Notes: a model not told the origin generated them from the letters alone. A DNA stretch of 64,000 nt from an uncultured bacterium (GCA_963718575.1 OY970358.1:322172-386171); one strand, 5' to 3'. Shown: positions 47,332-57,857, counted from the first letter of the stretch. Made by a program: numbers and translations.

Positions 47332-48279
47332 TTATATCTCTATCCTCCACGCGCCATACGTTCCGCCGTCGGCGCCCCGTTGTGCTGCGCTAAATTTCTC
47401 CAAAAGCGTTTTCGTGATCGGCCCGGACGTGCCGCCGGCGATCGGTCGCTTGTCCACCGATAATATTGGAATGACGCGCGCGGAACTGCCGGAGAGAAAT
47501 GCCTCCTCGGCGATGTAGAGCTCCGTGCGATCCACCGCGCGCTCCTCTACCGGAATCCCCGCATCGCGTGCGATCGCGATCACGCTCGCACGCGTGATGC
47601 CTTCCAAAAGATCGGCGCTCACACTGGGCGTGATCAAAACGCCGTTCCGCACGATAAAGATATTCGACACTGTCCCCTCCGCGACGTGGCCGCTCGCGTC
47701 GAGCACGATCGCATCATCGTAGCCGTTCAAGATCGCTTCGTTCTTGATGAGCGAATTGTTGGCATAGCCGCCATTCACCTTCGCGCGCGGCGGGATCACG
47801 TTGTCACTGCCGTGCGTCCAGCTCGAGACGCACACGTTCACGCCCGCGCGCGGCAGGATCGCTCCCATCGGATAGATGTATGCGGAAAGCGCTTGCGGCA
47901 GGTCGTGGATCTTCGTTCCCGCGATGAGCGCGTCGACGAACACCGTGGCCCGCACGAGCACATCCTCGTTCCCGATGGCGTCGGCGTTCCGCGCGATCAA
48001 TTCGCGCATCGTCGCCTCGAACTTTTCATACGGCCACGCCGGTGCGAATTTATTGAAGTCCATGATCGCCGCGGAGTTCACTAGCCGCTTATAATGATCT
48101 TTCAATCGAAAGGCGTAGTGCTTTTTATCCGCCTCATTCCAGTTGACACTGAACACCGTGTAAATGCTTAGACCATAGAGCACCGGCGAACTCGCGATGC
48201 TCACATTCGCGGACGCGAACGGCACGAACGCATCGCGCATAAACGCCTGACCCTGCGTGTAATCAAACGGAGATGCCAT
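47332..48279 (-). CDS. ilvE: Branched-chain amino acid aminotransferase (class IV)
   Basis: LYG, FRL.DH..RL, AK..G.Y.N, EG...NIF, LEGITR, EEAFLSG. Confidence 0.85.
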   Translation of the reverse strand: MASPFDYTQGQAFMRDAFVPFASANVSIASSPVLYGLSIYTVFSVNWNEADKKHYAFRLKDHYKRLVNSAAIMDFNKFAPAWPYEKFEATMRELIARNADAIGNEDVLVRATVFVDALIAGTKIHDLPQALSAYIYPMGAILPRAGVNVCVSSWTHGSDNVIPPRAKVNGGYANNSLIKNEAILNGYDDAIVLDASGHVAEGTVSNIFIVRNGVLITPSVSADLLEGITRASVIAIARDAGIPVEERAVDRTELYIAEEAFLSGSSARVIPILSVDKRPIAGGTSGPITKTLLEKFSAAQRGADGGTYGAWRIEI

Positions 48280-48339
48280 AATGGTTTTATTATATACCTG
48301 TTGGTGATAGGATTACATCCGGAACAAGAAAGAGGGGGT

Positions 48340-48447
48340 ATGTTCAAATCGCCCGCGCGCAGCCTCACATATGTGTTCATAGCGATGATCCTGTTCCTTA
48401 TTATGGCAGGATCGGTCGCCCATCATCTTCATCTCAACCTCCAGTGA
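48340..48447 (+). CDS. 35-aa single-TM small protein MFKSPARSLTYVFIAMILFLIMAGSVAHHLHLNLQ
   Basis: GAGGGGG immediately upstream, hydrophobic core, terminator at 48469-48503. Confidence 0.5.
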   Translation: MFKSPARSLTYVFIAMILFLIMAGSVAHHLHLNLQ

Positions 48448-48468
48448 AGCAATCGCTCCTGACATACC

Positions 48469-48503
48469 AAAGGCGCATATCCCGAGGGATATGCGCCTTT
48501 TTT
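48469..48503 (+). terminator. Rho-independent terminator
   Basis: AAAGGCGCATATCCC-GA-GGGATATGCGCCTTT followed by a T-run. Confidence 0.8.
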
Positions 48504-48580
48504 CTTTCGTGCGGAAGGCGGAATAACGTTCGAAGGATTTTGTGGTCTGATAAGGAGAAATAAATCTTATTTCTTCATAT

Positions 48581-48610
48581 TTGACAACTATTCATATTCT
48601 ATGTTAGAAT
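48581..48610 (+). promoter_or_regulatory. Sigma70 promoter
   Basis: TTGACA-N18-TAGAAT with TG extension. Confidence 0.6.
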
Positions 48611-48634
48611 ACTCACAGCGTTTAGGAGGGCGCA

Positions 48635-49009
48635 ATGAAGAAGATTTGTTCTTTCTGCTGGATTCTCTTGTTTGCAACTCAAACAGCAGTAGGGCTCGTA
48701 AGCACGTACGTGGCGTCTTGTGTTGTTTTATTCCTCGTTCGTTTCTTATGTCAACTCTTCGATCTCCATCCGCAAGTTCCACAAATTCTTCTGCGGATTC
48801 CGCAAGTTCTGGATTTCTTCTACAATATGGAATGGGATATTAATCCCGGCAGGACACTTCTTGGAGTAGTAGCGATTTACTTCATAGTGTTCCAACTCTT
48901 GGGACTTACGGCCACGATTTTCCTCCGCTATTACCTCGGGAAGGAAGCTTACTGGAAGAAACGGAGAAACTTCGTACATAGCAGATGGGATGATGACTGC
49001 GGGTATTAA
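48635..49009 (+). CDS. Hypothetical membrane protein
   Basis: AGGAGG RBS, 2-3 hydrophobic segments, promoter upstream and terminator at 49046-49073. Confidence 0.7.
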   Translation: MKKICSFCWILLFATQTAVGLVSTYVASCVVLFLVRFLCQLFDLHPQVPQILLRIPQVLDFFYNMEWDINPGRTLLGVVAIYFIVFQLLGLTATIFLRYYLGKEAYWKKRRNFVHSRWDDDCGY

Positions 49010-49240
49010 GACGAGTGCCCGGAATACACCCTCCCATAACGAGAGAAGGGCTGTTATGAAAACGGCCCTTTTTATTTAGACATTTTTCTTTGTGGCTCTG
49101 TACCGCTCAGCGACGATGCTCTCTAGATAGGAAAATACATCTTCCAACACTGACATCTGACCCTGACTCTACGTGACATTGATAAACCGTGTAGCCAATC
49201 AGAAAAACCGACAGAATAAATTCGCCAATAATTAAAATCG

Positions 49241-49326
49241 TGGTACCCGGGGCCGGACTCGAACCGGCAAGACCTTACGGTCACGACATTTTAAGTGTCG
49301 CGCGTATACCATTCCGCCACCCGGGC
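49241..49326 (-). tRNA. tRNA-Leu(TAA)
   Basis: GCCCGGGTGGCGGAATGG...CT-TAA-AA...GGTTCGAGTCC...ACCA. Confidence 0.95.
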
Positions 49327-49641
49327 TTTTCTCCGATTTCTGCCTCTATGAGTCGGCTTCAGACTGTGACAATTCGGGCAAAGAGCCCGCAAATTCTCAA
49401 TCCGATTATCATGCCTATCGCCATTAATGTGGTCGAGTTCTAAAGAAATCGGAAAGAATCCGACCATCGTCGGACTTTTTAGCCCATCCACACTCTTCAC
49501 AATATGGCAATTTTAATCCAACTGCAAATCATAATTTCCCCCGGCTTCACGGAGATGGAGCTTGCTTAATACCTGTCGATAGCTAAGAGAATTAGCTACT
49601 GCCTCTTTGAGTTGTTCGTCGGTCCAGGTTCTTTTCTTCAT
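49291..49641 (-). pseudogene. Degraded HNH endonuclease between tRNA-Cys and tRNA-Leu
   Basis: Three frames: MKKRTWTDEQLKEAV...EAGGNY / YCEECGW / LELDHINGDRHDNRIENLRALCPNCHS. 3' end overlaps tRNA-Leu. Confidence 0.75.
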
Positions 49642-49698
49642 TAAGAAAAGGATATAACACCGACATTAAAACTATATTAAATTTTTAGAACTTGATTG

Positions 49699-49770
49699 AG
49701 GCCACGGCGGGAATTGCACCCGCGCATCGCCCTTTTGCAGAGGGCTGTGTTACTGCTTCACCACGTGGCC
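49699..49770 (-). tRNA. tRNA-Cys(GCA)
   Basis: GGCCACGTGGTGAAGCAGTAACAC...CT-GCA-AA...GGTGCAATTCC, U discriminator. Confidence 0.88.
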
Positions 49771-49784
49771 ATGGTTCGCGAGCG

Positions 49785-50147
49785 CTATTCCTCCGGCTCG
49801 CCTTCCTCCTCCCGAGCCTTAATAGTATCCTGCCCTAATAATTTTTCAACCAGCGCCGCGTTCTCGAAGCCGTGGTCGATCTCGAAGAAGATGCGCGGCA
49901 TCGGCTTGATGTTTATTTTTTTGAGCAGAAGGTGCTGGAGATATCCCGCATTCTTTGCGAGCTCTTCGATCACTTGCTTCTCCGCCGACGCCGGGATCAC
50001 ACTCACCTCCACGCGCGCGCCTTCCAGTTTTTTATCCACCTTCACTTCCGTGATCGTCGCGAGCGCGGGAAGCTCCACTTCGCGAAGGATCATCTTCGAA
50101 AGCTCCTCGCGTATCAGCTTTCCCACCCGCTCGGAACGAAAGTTCAT
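49785..50147 (-). CDS. rbfA: Ribosome-binding factor A
   Basis: R.ERV..LIREELS, ITEV, P.I.F..D. Follows infB. Confidence 0.88.
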   Translation of the reverse strand: MNFRSERVGKLIREELSKMILREVELPALATITEVKVDKKLEGARVEVSVIPASAEKQVIEELAKNAGYLQHLLLKKINIKPMPRIFFEIDHGFENAALVEKLLGQDTIKAREEEGEPEE

Positions 50148-50183
50148 GTGATTTTAATGTTTGATGCGCGGCGCGCACGGGAG

Positions 50184-51683
50184 TTATTTTCTGATCAATA
50201 ATTTATCCCCCACTTGGACGAGCATTGTCGAATCGATCAGCACGCCGATCTCCTTGCCTTTGTCCGCCTGGAAGATCTCGCTCTTTTTTTCGCGCAAGCC
50301 CAACACTTTTCCATTGCCCACCGGCGTCGAGCCGACGTGGCCGCGCACGATGTCGAACGATGCCTTTCCATGGAACGTGCCGCCGATCACGCGTCCGCCC
50401 ACCAGTTGCTTCTGCGGCTTCTCCTGATTGAAGAGCGCGAGCACCTCGAGCTCGCCCGCTCCCGCCGGGCCGCGCGCGCCGCTAAAGTATTCCTCCACTG
50501 CGGTCGAAAGATCGTACACGATCTCCGACGTGATCACCGTCACCGACTGCGCATCGGCGAGCACCTTCGCGCCTTTCTCCACGCGATTTTTGAAACCGAT
50601 GATCGTCGCCTTCGTCGCGATCGCGTGGCGAATGTCTCCGTCCGTGATATCGCCTACGCCTTCCTCTACTATGTTGATCTCCTTGCCGCCCTTCTGGTCG
50701 ATGCCGCGCAGAACAACAGAGAGCGCTTCGAGTGATCCCGCGTCGCCGGCCTTAAGAATTAAGTTCAACGTATTCGGCTTGGACTTTGCGATCTGATTCG
50801 TCACAGTAGCAGAAGCGCCACTTGCACCCGACGCTTTCGCCCCCGGCGTTGCCTGCTCCGATAATTCCCCCACCGCAAATTCCTCGCCAACCTTCGGGAT
50901 TGTTTCCAAACCAATGATAAGCGCGGGCGCGGATGGTTCAAGCGACGAAACGGTTTTGCCCAAAAAGTCTTCCAAGATTTTTACTTTGCCGGATGCCGTG
51001 TGCGTTTTGATCGCATCGCCACGATGCAACGTGCCATTCTTTACGATGACCGTCGCCTCGATGCCGCGCTTCGGATCGCGCTTTGCCTCGAGCACAAAAC
51101 CGGACGCCTCGGCGGATGCATCGTACGTGAGCTCCTCCACATCTGCGGCAAGCAAGATAAGATCGAGCAGATCCGGAACGCCCTCGCCCGTCTTTGCGGA
51201 AACAGCGCAGTAACTCACCTGCCCGCCGTAGCCTTCGAGTAAAACACCCGCGGCCATGAGGTCGTTGCGTGCCTTATCCAAATTGCCGCCGGTCTTATCC
51301 ACTTTATTGATCGCGACGATGAATGGCGTCTTCGCGTCGAGGATGATCTGGATCACCTCCTTCGTCTGGGGCTTTACGCCTTCATCTGCGGCCACGACGA
51401 GGATCGCGAGATCCGCCACCTTCGCTCCGCGCGAACGCATCGCGGTGAACGCCTCGTGTCCGGGCGTATCGATGAAAGTGATCTTTCGGTCGGCATGTAC
51501 TATTTCGTACGCGGCAGTGGCCTGCGTGATCCCGCCCGCCTCGCGCGCGGCGATATTCGCCTTGCGGATGTAATCGAGCAAGGTCGTCTTGCCATGGTCA
51601 ACGTGCCCCATCACGACGACAATCGGCGGGCGGGTTTTGACGGCAGATGCTATAGCGATATTTTTGAGTGTTTCCTTTGGCAT
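50184..51683 (-). CDS. infB: Translation initiation factor IF-2 (short form)
   Basis: [29 protein letters not shown]. Confidence 0.96.
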   Translation of the reverse strand: MPKETLKNIAIASAVKTRPPIVVVMGHVDHGKTTLLDYIRKANIAAREAGGITQATAAYEIVHADRKITFIDTPGHEAFTAMRSRGAKVADLAILVVAADEGVKPQTKEVIQIILDAKTPFIVAINKVDKTGGNLDKARNDLMAAGVLLEGYGGQVSYCAVSAKTGEGVPDLLDLILLAADVEELTYDASAEASGFVLEAKRDPKRGIEATVIVKNGTLHRGDAIKTHTASGKVKILEDFLGKTVSSLEPSAPALIIGLETIPKVGEEFAVGELSEQATPGAKASGASGASATVTNQIAKSKPNTLNLILKAGDAGSLEALSVVLRGIDQKGGKEINIVEEGVGDITDGDIRHAIATKATIIGFKNRVEKGAKVLADAQSVTVITSEIVYDLSTAVEEYFSGARGPAGAGELEVLALFNQEKPQKQLVGGRVIGGTFHGKASFDIVRGHVGSTPVGNGKVLGLREKKSEIFQADKGKEIGVLIDSTMLVQVGDKLLIRK

Positions 51684-51835
51684 AAATAGAGGTAAATCGG
51701 AAATATTAAAACAATATTAACTTCCAAACTCGCATAAATTATAGCAAAAATCGGCCAATAATACAAGCATTGAAGGAGCATTGTCCGCCGTTACTTGAGA
51801 AAACCCGCGTAATCATCTACACTCTACCAGTAAGT

Positions 51836-51922
51836 GGAGACGTGGCCGAGTGGCTGAAGGCAGCATCCTGCTAAGATGTTAGGGGAGAAATCCCCTCGAA
51901 GGTTCGAATCCTTCCGTCTCCG
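51836..51922 (+). tRNA. tRNA-Ser(GCT)
   Basis: GGAGACGTGGCCGAGTGG...CT-GCT-AA, long variable arm, GGTTCGAATCC. Confidence 0.95.
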
Positions 51923-52038
51923 CAGACAAGGCGATTGTATCGTAGCGATCGTCTTATATAGGTTTTTAGTGCGACCGACATATATGAGGGCACCAGGACG
52001 CCCGAACTTTTTGGTGTTAAAATGAAACTGCTACGCAT

Positions 52039-53073
52039 ATGAAATTAGATGATGTATACGCTGCAGCAGACAAATTGAGGCGATCTGCTGCAGCCATGCA
52101 AAAAGAAGCGAAAGCAGTAAAAACTGCTTGCTTGGATATCAACACATCGTGGAGCCAGTCGGCTCTCACTCGGCACGCAAAATTCTATTTCCGCAACTAT
52201 GAAGAGCCTCCCGCAACTAGTCGGTTCAATATTGAGTGGGGCCTAATTCATGGAATTCCCGACGGCTGGGAAGAAAGATCCAATGAAGAAGTTTGCCAAG
52301 AAATTGAAAAAAGGAGCGGAGCATCTCTCGATGATTTTAAAGAAAAAGTTACGAAGCTCGAAGACGAATTCGAGGCTTTAAAGCGAGACACTTCTCTTGT
52401 GCTGATAGAGGAAGGAATCGCGGACGTTTCGGAGATTGAGGGTTTTAAGTTTGAGAACGCAACGGATTATTTTAATACGTTAAATCCGACTACTTATATG
52501 ACGCGTGACAGTGCGGCCATCACCTCTGGAAGGTATATCGCACCCCACATTTATTTCGAGGCCGTCGCGATGTCAGCTCTAGGGATCGAAGGGCAGCTTG
52601 ATGAATTCATATATAAGATTAAAAAGCTCGGCGTAGGGACTGGCACTCCTCAAAAGAGCAACGATTTCTGGAATACGATCCACCCAGCGATAAGATCAGT
52701 TTCGGAAAAACAATTTAAGAATGGACATTATCTCGATGCCGTTCGTTCTGCGTTCATCGAATTCAATGATAAAGTAAAGCAAAAATACAAAAAAGACGCG
52801 GGTACAGAGGAAGATGGATTCAATTTAATGAAATTAGCTTTCGGCGACTTTTCAGCATCTAATTCAAGCTTCAACGGAACCGTGAAATACAGCCTGGCAG
52901 ATCTATCAACGGATTCAGGAAAGAATTTCCAAAAAGGTTTTTCGCTCATGTCGGCTGGAGCAGTTCTCGGCTTAAGAAATCCACGAGCCCATGCGAACGT
53001 TATGGACGAGAAGGACGAAGCTATTCACTTAATTTTTTTGGCAAGCTGGCTTATGAGAACTGCGTTTCCATAA
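52039..53073 (+). CDS. TIGR02391/Ymh-like protein (C-terminal RxxxxH motif)
   Basis: IHP.I..VS...F..GHY.DAV..AF, DG..LM..AF, G.RNPRAH. Confidence 0.75.
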   Translation: MKLDDVYAAADKLRRSAAAMQKEAKAVKTACLDINTSWSQSALTRHAKFYFRNYEEPPATSRFNIEWGLIHGIPDGWEERSNEEVCQEIEKRSGASLDDFKEKVTKLEDEFEALKRDTSLVLIEEGIADVSEIEGFKFENATDYFNTLNPTTYMTRDSAAITSGRYIAPHIYFEAVAMSALGIEGQLDEFIYKIKKLGVGTGTPQKSNDFWNTIHPAIRSVSEKQFKNGHYLDAVRSAFIEFNDKVKQKYKKDAGTEEDGFNLMKLAFGDFSASNSSFNGTVKYSLADLSTDSGKNFQKGFSLMSAGAVLGLRNPRAHANVMDEKDEAIHLIFLASWLMRTAFP

Positions 53074-53179
53074 TTGATATCTGATAACCCTCAGGATTGG
53101 TTTTTTGATGCTCTCTGGCGTAAGATGAAGTTATTAAAAAATCATTAAAAAACAGGGGTATTCTAGCCTCCGTTCAACC

Positions 53180-54250
53180 ATGGCTGTCTCTATTAAAAAT
53201 ATCAATAAGTACGTGCAGGCCATAGCCCAAAGCGGACTCACTATTTATGATCCCATCGAAATCGGCGATCCGAATCTTTGGATTCCATCTCAAGAACTCG
53301 AAGTCCTACTGAATCAAAAACTCAAGGGTATATCTCTCGACGGACTGCCTCTCCGGACGCGATCCAAAGTCGTTAAACAAAAAGTTTGCGAATCTCTTGG
53401 CTATCCCACGCCGGAAACTTTCGAGAAAACACAGCCGCGCTTTCCGGGCCAATGTTTCGACACCTATATTCAAAAATCAAACAATCTACAGATATGGAAT
53501 GAGGAATTATCACCCACAAGAAGGTACGTCCTTATTAAGGTAAGCGAAAAAGATTTGATTGAAAAAGTTCGAGTGGTAAGCGGAGACACGCTTGCCGTCC
53601 TTGATACCACGGGAACCCTCACCCAGAAGTATCAGGCGAGACTTATTGTCGGCCAAAAGATTTCCGAATTGATATCATCGTCAGATACGAGCCGCGTTAA
53701 AGAAATCACCAATGGCTTCGATGAGAAAAAGGTAAACTTGGCCGATCCTACTGATCATGCCGATGGCGAAAATCTTTTACCGATTAAACTTATTCATGAA
53801 CGACTCTCGAAAATTATTGGGAAGACTTTCTCGGATTCAGGCCATGACCAAGAAAGAAATCGCGGAGGTTTCTTACATAAGTTAGTCTGCGAATCCCTTG
53901 GCTATAAAACCTACCATGATAATGGACAGTTTCCTGATGTACCAAATCAGCTTTTAGAGATCAAATTGCAGACCTCGCCAACGATTGATTTAGGACTCGT
54001 GAACCCTGACAGCAAAACTGCTTTGGATACGCCAAAGATCAATGGAAAACAGATACGGCATTGCGATGTTAGGTATGCACTTTTTTATGCCAAAATCGCC
54101 AACAAGCATGTAACGATAACAAATTTTTTCCTCGTCACCGGAGAAGAATTCTTTTCCCGATTCCCGAGATTTGAGGGAAAGATTATTAACAAAAAGATTC
54201 AGATACCCTTACCCGCCGATTTCTTCGAGTTCAATCCGAAAGCCATATAG
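53180..54250 (+). CDS. Type II restriction endonuclease (putative)
   Basis: QFPD...QLLEIKLQ PD-(D/E)xK motif. Convergent with and overlapping an N6-MTase. Confidence 0.75.
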   Translation: MAVSIKNINKYVQAIAQSGLTIYDPIEIGDPNLWIPSQELEVLLNQKLKGISLDGLPLRTRSKVVKQKVCESLGYPTPETFEKTQPRFPGQCFDTYIQKSNNLQIWNEELSPTRRYVLIKVSEKDLIEKVRVVSGDTLAVLDTTGTLTQKYQARLIVGQKISELISSSDTSRVKEITNGFDEKKVNLADPTDHADGENLLPIKLIHERLSKIIGKTFSDSGHDQERNRGGFLHKLVCESLGYKTYHDNGQFPDVPNQLLEIKLQTSPTIDLGLVNPDSKTALDTPKINGKQIRHCDVRYALFYAKIANKHVTITNFFLVTGEEFFSRFPRFEGKIINKKIQIPLPADFFEFNPKAI

Positions 54251-55917
54251 ACCCGCGAATTTAATTTCGCCTCAAGATCGTTTGTTTTTGCGCTGGGCGA
54301 GATTTTATACATTTGCCTTGCAATAACAACAATCTCTTTTGAGATTTTTAGATCGGGATTCGGCAACGGAAAATTCTCAACATATTGAGTAATGAAACGA
54401 CGCCGGCCTGAATATAGCTTGTTATTAAAGCTATGATCATAAAATTCTTCGATGAAGCTTGAGTTGGCGACTGCCAAGGCTAGCCAAAGTAAATCAGATT
54501 CTTTTTTATCGCTCAACGAAAGCCAGTAGCAATCGCCATTCACGACGCTCCCGCTTAGGTCCATCCAGAACACTGGCTTTTCCGAGATGTCCCGAAAAAC
54601 GAGCTTGGGCTGCTTCCAGGCATCAGGGTTATGAGGAACCCATATCTCAAACCAGTTGCGATTCGACTCTGCAATATAAGTCCTACTTGCGAGCTGTTTT
54701 TTATGGGACTCGAGATATTTTTTAACGATGGGAAATTTCGCAAGATCAATTGCCTTCCTTACCCCATCTTTTACCTCGTGTGGATAAATCACATACTTGA
54801 TCGGCTCATTGGCCTTAAAACGCCTAGCTACATGATGTGTAATTAATGGCTGCAGGATTTCGGGCAACCGTCCCGAAAATTTTTCCATATCTGCATCGGA
54901 GAGAATAAAAACGTTGTCGGCAGTTGTTTTTATGCCAACCCTTATCTTTCCGATATCCTTAAATGTCAGCTTCGTTTTTGATCTCACTTGCTCGAGCCAA
55001 TCGTCAGCTTGCTGAGTCGCCAATCTCCAGACATCGCCATGTTTCTTTCCATGATCCAAGGTTCCGTGGAGCACCTTAAATAAATCGCCATCGCTTTTCG
55101 CCAGAGCATTGAAGACTAAAGTAGGATTGGGATTTTTAGTTCCTTCCTGAAGATAAATTGAGGTAAATTTTGGCTGGTGAACCTCATCTGGCATGCCTTT
55201 TGCTTTCTCAAGTAATAAAACTGCCGGAAGTACGGCTGCTTCAAACAAGCGGGTGTCACCGAAATCCCAAACATGTAAAATATTAAAACTGGACAATAAA
55301 TTTTTCCTCACCGTAACCCCCGATTTCGTTGTCAAAAATCGGTTCGACACTATGATGCCTAAAATCCCATTTGATTTTAAAATCTTTTCGATGCCCTTAA
55401 GGAACGCATGATAAAGATCTACCCTCCCGGAAAGGTTGAATTGTTTTGCTAATCGCTTTGCCTTTTCAGATCCCATTACCTGGGTTCTTACGTAGGGAGG
55501 GTTTGCAATAACAATATCGAATCGCGAAGCTTCAGTCGCTGGCGAGAATAGTGATTCATTATAGAAGTCTAGAACCCACTCCAGAAAATCTCGCTTCTCG
55601 ATCCTCAGAGAAGTCGAAGGAAAATTCTCACTAATTAACTTTTGTGAGGCATTTACAGCATCCTGACTGATATCACAGCCGAATACCTCTAGATTGTTAA
55701 GGTTTCTATCATGCGCGAGCTTAATCAAACTAAGCAAAAGCTCTCCGTCGCCTACCGCAGGATCAATTATTCTAATCTTGTGCTTTTTATCCAAGATCCT
55801 TGTTTCCAACTGATCCAAAATTTGAGCTGCGACAAAGTCCGCTAAGGAAGTCGGCGTGTAATGAGCCCCCGTATCCTTTCTTAACTGCATATCAAATTGT
55901 GTATCCAAATTTGGCAT
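54199..55917 (-). CDS. N6-adenine DNA methyltransferase, gamma class (M.BseCI/M.BanIII-like)
   Basis: GAHYTP, DPAVGDGELL, IANPPYVRTQ, GRVDLY, TaqI-C-like TRD. Similarity to ATCGAT MTases is recalled, not computed. Confidence 0.9.
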   Translation of the reverse strand: MPNLDTQFDMQLRKDTGAHYTPTSLADFVAAQILDQLETRILDKKHKIRIIDPAVGDGELLLSLIKLAHDRNLNNLEVFGCDISQDAVNASQKLISENFPSTSLRIEKRDFLEWVLDFYNESLFSPATEASRFDIVIANPPYVRTQVMGSEKAKRLAKQFNLSGRVDLYHAFLKGIEKILKSNGILGIIVSNRFLTTKSGVTVRKNLLSSFNILHVWDFGDTRLFEAAVLPAVLLLEKAKGMPDEVHQPKFTSIYLQEGTKNPNPTLVFNALAKSDGDLFKVLHGTLDHGKKHGDVWRLATQQADDWLEQVRSKTKLTFKDIGKIRVGIKTTADNVFILSDADMEKFSGRLPEILQPLITHHVARRFKANEPIKYVIYPHEVKDGVRKAIDLAKFPIVKKYLESHKKQLASRTYIAESNRNWFEIWVPHNPDAWKQPKLVFRDISEKPVFWMDLSGSVVNGDCYWLSLSDKKESDLLWLALAVANSSFIEEFYDHSFNNKLYSGRRRFITQYVENFPLPNPDLKISKEIVVIARQMYKISPSAKTNDLEAKLNSRVYMAFGLNSKKSAGKGI

Positions 55918-55920
55918 TGT

Positions 55921-57285
55921 TTATTCAATCTTACTCTGATTTTTCTGGGTCTCCAAGTTGTCTTTAATGATTTTTTTATCTTTGAATAAAAGCCTGCTTT
56001 TTATGGCCCCCAGCAGCTCTCGTTTCTCAACTATACTTCCTTCACGCAATAAATATTTAGCGTAAATTCGGAGATCGACATCTTGGACTGCTGCCTTGAT
56101 TCCCTGCATTCCGAGAATCCCTTTTTGAAATTTATTGAATCGTTGGACTTCTTCCTCGAATTTGTGCCGCATTCCTATTTCGCTAATATCAAGCTTGTCC
56201 ATGATTTTCACAAGCTGCTCGATTATATCTTCTTCACGCATGTATCCCGCCTTACAGTTCTTATCCCGTGCCCGACTACAGCCATAATAAACGTACCGAG
56301 CCGTCGTGCCATCTTTATGCCTCTTATACTTTTCCTCCGCACTCACACCCGATCCACAAAGGCCACACGTCATCAGCTTTGTGAATGCGAACTCCTTAAT
56401 CTCCGAACGCACGATCTGATCACGCTTCAGCTGCGCCTGTACTTTATCGAACAGTTCCTTGGTAATTAGCGGCTGATGCTTACCGTCATACCACATGCCA
56501 CTCTTTTCTGGATATTCGAATCGTCCGTAATAAAAGTGGTTCTGGAGCGTGATATAAATATTCCCCAGCGAAAGATGGTGATTACTCTTGGTTCGGAAAT
56601 TTAGGTCGAACCGCAGCCAGTGATAAACTTTCCGGCCAGACCAATGTTCATTTGCCACCTTCTCAAAAATTTTCTTTATGATATGTCCGCGTTCGGGGTC
56701 AACGAGCACTTGGCATTTCCGATCCATCCTCTTCTCGTTAAGATATCCAGTGGGCGCAACGCCCGGCCGCAACCCCATTTCACATCGCGTCCGTAATCCG
56801 CGTCGCACGTTTACGCCGCGATTATCGTTTTCTAATTTCGCCTGCGAACCAAGAATCATAAGCAGGAACTTTTCGTTCGGCGAATTACTGAATCGCTGGC
56901 CGTACGTCCGGATATCGACGAGGAGTTGCTCATCCATAAGATCGACGAGCTTCCCCAAATCTCCGGCGTTCCTGCTCAACCTGTCTGCCGCCCACGTCAT
57001 AATGCCGTTGAACTTTCCGGCGCGGATATCGTTAATAATCTCATTGAACACCGGACGCTGGCCTGTCGCTTTAGCCGAATGGCTCTCGCGACGAATCTCG
57101 ACGACTTCCAACTCTTCGCGTTCGGCGAGCTGAAGCATCTCTTTCACCTGCGAATCGATCGATAGAATCTGGCGCTCCTCCGATTCGGTGCTCTTCCTTG
57201 CATACAAGAGGTATTTGACCTTTACTTGGGTCGGGATTTTTGTGGGGGCTCCCGTCCCGCTTGCCCCCATTGTTTGGGTAGTCAT
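55921..57285 (-). CDS. Large serine recombinase
   Basis: YARKS, SAK..GQRP.F, W..DRLSRN, CGLCG...YYGC. Confidence 0.92.
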   Translation of the reverse strand: MTTQTMGASGTGAPTKIPTQVKVKYLLYARKSTESEERQILSIDSQVKEMLQLAEREELEVVEIRRESHSAKATGQRPVFNEIINDIRAGKFNGIMTWAADRLSRNAGDLGKLVDLMDEQLLVDIRTYGQRFSNSPNEKFLLMILGSQAKLENDNRGVNVRRGLRTRCEMGLRPGVAPTGYLNEKRMDRKCQVLVDPERGHIIKKIFEKVANEHWSGRKVYHWLRFDLNFRTKSNHHLSLGNIYITLQNHFYYGRFEYPEKSGMWYDGKHQPLITKELFDKVQAQLKRDQIVRSEIKEFAFTKLMTCGLCGSGVSAEEKYKRHKDGTTARYVYYGCSRARDKNCKAGYMREEDIIEQLVKIMDKLDISEIGMRHKFEEEVQRFNKFQKGILGMQGIKAAVQDVDLRIYAKYLLREGSIVEKRELLGAIKSRLLFKDKKIIKDNLETQKNQSKIE

Positions 57286-57356
57286 ACCTCAATGGATGAC
57301 GCAATGGCGGCAGGAGTCCAGAGCGACCGAAAAGCCCTTAAGGGCTCCTTATCTCC

Positions 57357-57857
57357 TTACGGCAACGAAGCAATGGGTGACGATGTAATCCTTTCGAAAG
57401 CCTTGGAAAATATTTCTCGCTGCCTGTCTATTTCCGGCTGATTTATCTCTGCGATTTTTTCTCCTTCCTTATATTTTCCAAACTCTCTTTCATAATCTCT
57501 CGTTGCGCGACCATCAAGGTGAACAATCGAATTACGAATTAAAAAAATTTCTCGAATCGCGGGGTCATAACACTTTCTTAGCACCTTTTCGGAGCGGTCT
57601 TGAAAGCAAATTTTATGGCGCGCCGGATCAGCTGTTTTAAGATCGCGTACGAATTTCTCCCAAGCCATGCAAAACATTATCGGTATGGACTGGCGAAGGT
57701 ATGCCGCGTACAGCGGAGTGGATCTTGGCCGCGAAGCAGACATGGAATCGCCTTGAGCCAGGTCAGCACTATTAACAATGTCAGCCGATAACGTCGAATC
57801 GACTTTCTCATAATACTCGCGGATACTATCGAGCTCTTCCGAAAACGAGTACGCCAT
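57357..57857 (-). CDS. HEPN-like protein
   Basis: Helical, WEKF (E) plus RNSIVH (RxxxxH). TAATG overlap with upstream gene. Confidence 0.6.
   Translation of the reverse strand: MAYSFSEELDSIREYYEKVDSTLSADIVNSADLAQGDSMSASRPRSTPLYAAYLRQSIPIMFCMAWEKFVRDLKTADPARHKICFQDRSEKVLRKCYDPAIREIFLIRNSIVHLDGRATRDYEREFGKYKEGEKIAEINQPEIDRQREIFSKAFERITSSPIASLP

Noticed and set aside
51923-52020. Duplicate tRNA-Ser 3' end marking an att site
   Set aside because: No convincing direct repeat found by eye within the window. The other end probably lies outside it.
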